Assembly (NCBI GenBank): GCA_030694005.1
Contig: JAUXZG010000021.1
Location: 1-45,620 of the forward strand
Reading direction: 5' to 3'
Origin: Desulfobaccales bacterium
GTDB lineage: Bacteria; Desulfobacterota; Desulfobaccia; Desulfobaccales; 0-14-0-80-60-11
Length of the DNA stretch: 45,620 nt
The notes under the pieces: model-generated
Seen by the model: only the letters and a program-made list of their open reading frames with translations
What the model was told of the DNA's origin: nothing
Database searches by the model: none
Shown: positions 41,781-45,620 of the stretch, piece by piece
Layout of the letters: each line of letters begins with the position of its first letter
Position numbering within the stretch: position 1 is the stretch's first letter
Position numbers and translations under genes: made by a program

Positions 41781-44700
41781 ATGATTGATCGGGTTATTCA
41801 AAACTGCCTGCGGCATCGCCTCATGGTCCTCATTGCCCTGGCGGGACTGGTTTCCTATGGGGTTTATGCGTCCCTTAAGCTCCAGGTGGACGCCTTCCCG
41901 GACGTCACCAACGTCCAGGTGCAGGTCTATACCACCTGGCCCGGCATTTCTCCCGAAGAAGTGGAAAAGCAGGTCACCTTCCCCATCGAGGTCCAGATGG
42001 CGGGGCTGCCCGACATGGTGGAACTCCGCTCCGTCTCCCGCTTCGGGCTGTCCCTGATTACCGTGGTCTTCGCCGACCAGGTGGACCTGTATTTTGCCCG
42101 GCAACTGGTGTTGGAGCGCCTCATCGCCGCCAAGGAGAAATTGCCCAAGGGGGTGGAGCCCGTCCTGGGGCCCATCGCCACGGGCTTAAGCGAAATCTAC
42201 CAGTACACCCTGGAAGAGGAGCACGCGCCGCCGCTGGCCGTACCCGGCCCGGAGACCGCCCGCCTCATGCGCCTGCGCACCATCCAGGACGCCATTGTCC
42301 GGCCTTTTTTGAAAACCGTGCCCGGCGTCACCGACATCAACTCCTTCGGCGGCTACGTCAAGCAATACCAGGTGCAGGTGGACCCTGACCGGCTGCGGAA
42401 ATTCGACCTCAGCTTAAAGCAGGTCTTTAGCGCCCTGGCTGCCAGCAATGCCAACGCCGGCGGCAACGTCCTGGAGAAAGGGAGCGAGCAGGCCCTGGTT
42501 CGAGGCCTGGGCTTGATGCAGTCCGTCCAGGACATCGAAGCGGTGGTGCTGAAAGCAGTGAACGGCACCCCGGTGCTGGTCAAGGACGTGGCCACGGTGA
42601 GCGAAGGTCCGGCCAGCCGCTGGGGCGCGGTCCTGGAGAACGGCAAACGGGAAGCCGTGGCCGGCATCGTCTTGATGATCCGGGGCGGCAGCGGCCGGGA
42701 GGTGGTGACTGCGGTCAAGGAAAAGGTCGCCCAATTGAACGCCGGCGGCATCCTCCCCAAGGGGGTGACGCTCAAGGCTTTTTATGACCGCACCGGCCTG
42801 GTCCGGGACTGCATCAACACCGTCAGCCGGGCCATCGCCGAGGGCGTCCTCCTGGTGATCCTGGTGGTTTACCTGTTCCTGCGCAGCTTCCGAGGGGCGC
42901 TGGTCATCGCCTTAACTCTGCCTTTGGTGGCCCTGGCCACCTTCATCACCATGCGGCAGGTGGGGCTGTCGGCCAACCTCATGTCCTTGGGGGGGCTGGC
43001 CATTTCCATCGGCATGATCGTGGACGGCGCCGTGATCCAGGTGGAAAACGTCATGCACCGCCTGGGAGAGGCGAACGGCGCCCGGGGCTTCCAGCGCACC
43101 GTGCTGGAAGCCGTCCTGGAAGTGGTGAAGCCCAGTCTCTTCGGCGTGTTGATCATTGCCATCACCTTCTTGCCCCTCATGACCCTGCAGGGCATGGAAG
43201 GCAAGATGTTCGCTCCCCTGGCTTTTACCGTGGCCATCGCCCTTCTTGCATCCCTGTTGCTTTCCATCTCTGCGATCCCCGCTCTCTGCTCCTTTATCTT
43301 CAAACCCGGCCCCGAACGCCCCAGTCCCCTGATGCGCGCCGGGCTCTGGCTGTATCGTCCGGCCCTGGCCTGGGCCCTGCAAAACCGCAAGACGGTGGTC
43401 ATGGCCGCGGGGGCCTTGCTGGTCATCTCCCTGGCCATGACGCCCTTCCTGGGTACCGAGTTTATCCCTCGTCTGGATGAAGGCTATATCACCAATCTCA
43501 CGACCCGTTTGCCATCGGTCTCCCTGTCCCAGTCTGTGGAGATGGAGCGCCAGATGCAGCAGGCCCTCTTGAAATTTCCCGAAGTCGAGTCCGTGGTCTC
43601 CAAAATCGGCGCTGCGGAGATTGCCACGGAAGCTCACGGGGTGGAAACCAGCGAGCCCATCGTGGTGCTCAAGCCCCGGAGTCAGTGGCGCACCGCCCGC
43701 ACCGTCGAGGAGTTGATCGCCAAGATGCGGTTGGAACTGGAGAAGATTCCCGGCGTCGCCTATAACTTCTCCCAGCCCATCGCCCACCGGGTGGACCACC
43801 TGGTTTCCGGGGTCAAATCCCAGGTGGGGGTGAAGATCTTCGGGGATGATATGAACCTGCTCCGGGCCAAGGCCGAAGAGGCGGCCGCCCTCCTTCGGAC
43901 GGTGCCCGGGGTCACCGACCTCCGCGCCGAGCAGGTGGCCGGCATGCCGAATCTCAACATCAAGATCGACCGGGGCAAGCTTTCCCGCTACGGCCTCACC
44001 GTAGCCGACGTGCAGGAGGTCATTGAAACCGCGGTGGGCGGCAAGGCAGCCACGGAGATCATCGAGGGCCAGATGCGCGTCGAGGTGGTGGTGCGCTTCC
44101 CGGAAGCGCGGCGTAACAGCACTGAGGCCATCGGCAACATCCTGGTGACGGGTCCGGGGGGAGGGTCCGTGCCCCTAGCGGAGTTGGCCGAGATCATCGA
44201 GACCGAAGGGCCGGTGCAGATCAGCCGGGACAATGCCCGCCGCCGCATCGTGGTGGAATTCAACATCAAAGGCCGGGATACGGGCAGTGTGGTGGCCGAT
44301 GGCCAGCGGTTGCTGTCGTCCCGCCTGGCCCTGCCGCCGGGCTACTACACCACCTGGGGCGGCACTTTCGAAAACCAGCAGCGGGCCATGCAGCGCCTCC
44401 TGCTTATCGTGCCCGTCACCCTGGCCCTGATTTACCTCCTGCTCTTCCTGACCTTCCAGTCGCTCCGGTACGCCAGCCTCATCATGCTCAATCTGCCCCT
44501 GGCCTTGATAGGCGGCATTCTGGGACTCTTATTCACCGGCCTCTATCTGAGCGTCCCCGCCGCGGTGGGCTTCATCGCCCTCTTCGGGGTGGCGGTGCTC
44601 AACGGCGTGGTGCTGGTCTCGCAAATCAATCAATTGCGAGACACGGGGCTACCCTTAGAAGAATCGGTGCGCCAGGGCTGCGAGCGGCGCCTGCGGCCCG

Positions 44701-44888
44701 TGCTCATGACCGCACTGGTGGCCATCCTCGGTCTCACCCCGCTCCTGTTTGCCAGCGGGCCGGGCTCGGAAGTGCAGCGGCCCCTGGCGGTGGTAGTGGT
44801 CGGCGGTCTGTTTACCGCCACCCTGCTCACCCTGGTGGTCCTGCCGGTGCTCTACCAATGGTTCGCCGAGCCGCAGACGGAATCATGA
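41781..44888 (+). CDS. czcA: CusA/CzcA-family heavy-metal efflux RND transporter
   Basis: GAGGAG 7 nt upstream of ATG 41781, giving MIDRVIQNCL. The TM4 signature 'SIGMIVDGAVIQVEN' (DGA...VEN) is CzcA-like. ~1035 aa. Confidence 0.9.
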   Translation: MIDRVIQNCLRHRLMVLIALAGLVSYGVYASLKLQVDAFPDVTNVQVQVYTTWPGISPEEVEKQVTFPIEVQMAGLPDMVELRSVSRFGLSLITVVFADQVDLYFARQLVLERLIAAKEKLPKGVEPVLGPIATGLSEIYQYTLEEEHAPPLAVPGPETARLMRLRTIQDAIVRPFLKTVPGVTDINSFGGYVKQYQVQVDPDRLRKFDLSLKQVFSALAASNANAGGNVLEKGSEQALVRGLGLMQSVQDIEAVVLKAVNGTPVLVKDVATVSEGPASRWGAVLENGKREAVAGIVLMIRGGSGREVVTAVKEKVAQLNAGGILPKGVTLKAFYDRTGLVRDCINTVSRAIAEGVLLVILVVYLFLRSFRGALVIALTLPLVALATFITMRQVGLSANLMSLGGLAISIGMIVDGAVIQVENVMHRLGEANGARGFQRTVLEAVLEVVKPSLFGVLIIAITFLPLMTLQGMEGKMFAPLAFTVAIALLASLLLSISAIPALCSFIFKPGPERPSPLMRAGLWLYRPALAWALQNRKTVVMAAGALLVISLAMTPFLGTEFIPRLDEGYITNLTTRLPSVSLSQSVEMERQMQQALLKFPEVESVVSKIGAAEIATEAHGVETSEPIVVLKPRSQWRTARTVEELIAKMRLELEKIPGVAYNFSQPIAHRVDHLVSGVKSQVGVKIFGDDMNLLRAKAEEAAALLRTVPGVTDLRAEQVAGMPNLNIKIDRGKLSRYGLTVADVQEVIETAVGGKAATEIIEGQMRVEVVVRFPEARRNSTEAIGNILVTGPGGGSVPLAELAEIIETEGPVQISRDNARRRIVVEFNIKGRDTGSVVADGQRLLSSRLALPPGYYTTWGGTFENQQRAMQRLLLIVPVTLALIYLLLFLTFQSLRYASLIMLNLPLALIGGILGLLFTGLYLSVPAAVGFIALFGVAVLNGVVLVSQINQLRDTGLPLEESVRQGCERRLRPVLMTALVAILGLTPLLFASGPGSEVQRPLAVVVVGGLFTATLLTLVVLPVLYQWFAEPQTES

Positions 44889-44958
44889 AGGAAAAATCCG
44901 GAGTAGGACCTGTGAGGAATAAAAAACAATGACATTTTGCCGGAAATGGAGAAATGCC

Positions 44959-45549
44959 ATGAAGAAAGTAATGTACTCGGCTCTTGTGGTTGCTTTATTG
45001 ATCCTGGCGGCCAACTGCGGTGCGGCTCGGGAACAGATTCGGACTCAATCCTTAACCGAGCGTGATGGAGTATTTCAGGAGGTGACCACCACCGATGGGC
45101 CTCCCCCCGGATTTGCGGACGTGGTCCTCAAGGCTTCCCTCAAAACCCATAAGTCTGGAGAAGGTATTTTGTTGGAGTCTCGAAACTCTCCCCATGGCGG
45201 GCCTGTCTACCGCTTCGTCTTTAATATCGACGGCCAGGCGGTCACCTGGGAAGCGCCCGGCCAACGGGAGAACCTCCCGGTGGTGAGCGACCGGCATTCC
45301 CAAGATGAGGGCGACGGCATGAGGTATGCGCTGGAGAAGCGAATCCGGCTGCGGGCCGGAACGCATCGAATATTTTTTGGCGTTCCCGAAGAGAATTATG
45401 CCAAAACGGTGACCGTCAACTTGCAGGAGGGCAAATCCTATACCTTAGAATTCCGGCCCATCTATCCAAGATATAAATGGGGCCACCCGGCTTTCCGACT
45501 GGGGTTTCTGGGGTTTAACGCCTTGTTCAATAACACCTCAAACAATTAA
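44959..45549 (+). CDS. hypothetical lipoprotein downstream of the RND genes
   Basis: GGAGA upstream of ATG 44959. 'MKKVMYSALVVALLILAANC' is a lipobox-like signal. Confidence 0.5.
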   Translation: MKKVMYSALVVALLILAANCGAAREQIRTQSLTERDGVFQEVTTTDGPPPGFADVVLKASLKTHKSGEGILLESRNSPHGGPVYRFVFNIDGQAVTWEAPGQRENLPVVSDRHSQDEGDGMRYALEKRIRLRAGTHRIFFGVPEENYAKTVTVNLQEGKSYTLEFRPIYPRYKWGHPAFRLGFLGFNALFNNTSNN

Positions 45550-45620
45550 GTTATCCTTAGTTTCCGCAGGGAGTTGGGCGGCAGTGTCGTGGGGGCCACG
45601 TGGTCTTCTATGGACGGCCA

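Overview
A 45.6-kb stretch of GC-rich bacterial chromosome, interrupted by several clearly lower-GC islands. All family calls come from reading motifs in the supplied translations; no searches were run. I saw no rRNA, tRNA or CRISPR array.

Layout:
(1) 0.2-19 kb, + strand: a sugar/glycan-modification island. It holds at least six class-I SAM methyltransferases, an aminopeptidase-like DUF4910 protein, HisH, a HisF-like::PP-loop N-acetyl-sugar amidotransferase fusion, an AsnB-family protein lacking the N-terminal Cys, a low-GC B12-binding radical SAM gene, a GT4 glycosyltransferase, and two diverged copies of an unknown 358/359-aa gene, each preceded by a conserved 34-codon ORF.
(2) 19.0-20.35 kb: a truncated radical-SAM gene next to remnants of two transposase genes.
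(3) 20.4-30.1 kb, - strand: an SGNH/AlgJ-like gene, a deoxyhypusine-synthase-like gene, a low-GC SGNH-like membrane gene, agmatinase, a sigma-54 response regulator, an alpha/beta hydrolase, a TraB/GumN-like gene and a thymidylate-synthase-like/DUF4346 multidomain gene.
(4) 30.4-36.9 kb: a tandem-GAF protein, the four-gene 'arsenosugar/rSAM-selenodomain-associated' set (peroxidase-like, ArsS, TIGR04283 and TIGR04282 transferases), a TVP38 protein and a cysteine-free tandem rhodanese.
(5) 36.95-38.43 kb: a 1.4-kb low-GC two-gene cassette bounded by inverted repeats and lying inside a repeat hairpin.
(6) 38.4-45.5 kb: a small Fis-type HTH gene, a small Cys/His-rich exported protein, CzcCBA-type heavy-metal RND efflux genes and a lipoprotein.

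A modular, quasi-palindromic G/C-run repeat (TTGGGGGAGGG...CCCTCCCCCAA) occupies at least eight intergenic sites. It artificially lengthens several ORFs in the six-frame track.

The observations I rate as least explained:
- the IR-bounded cassette;
- the copied unit of small ORF plus gene;
- the HisF::amidotransferase fusion;
- the repeat family itself;
- the arsS-type cluster with a Cys-less rhodanese.

I cannot show from sequence alone that any of these is a genuinely new system.
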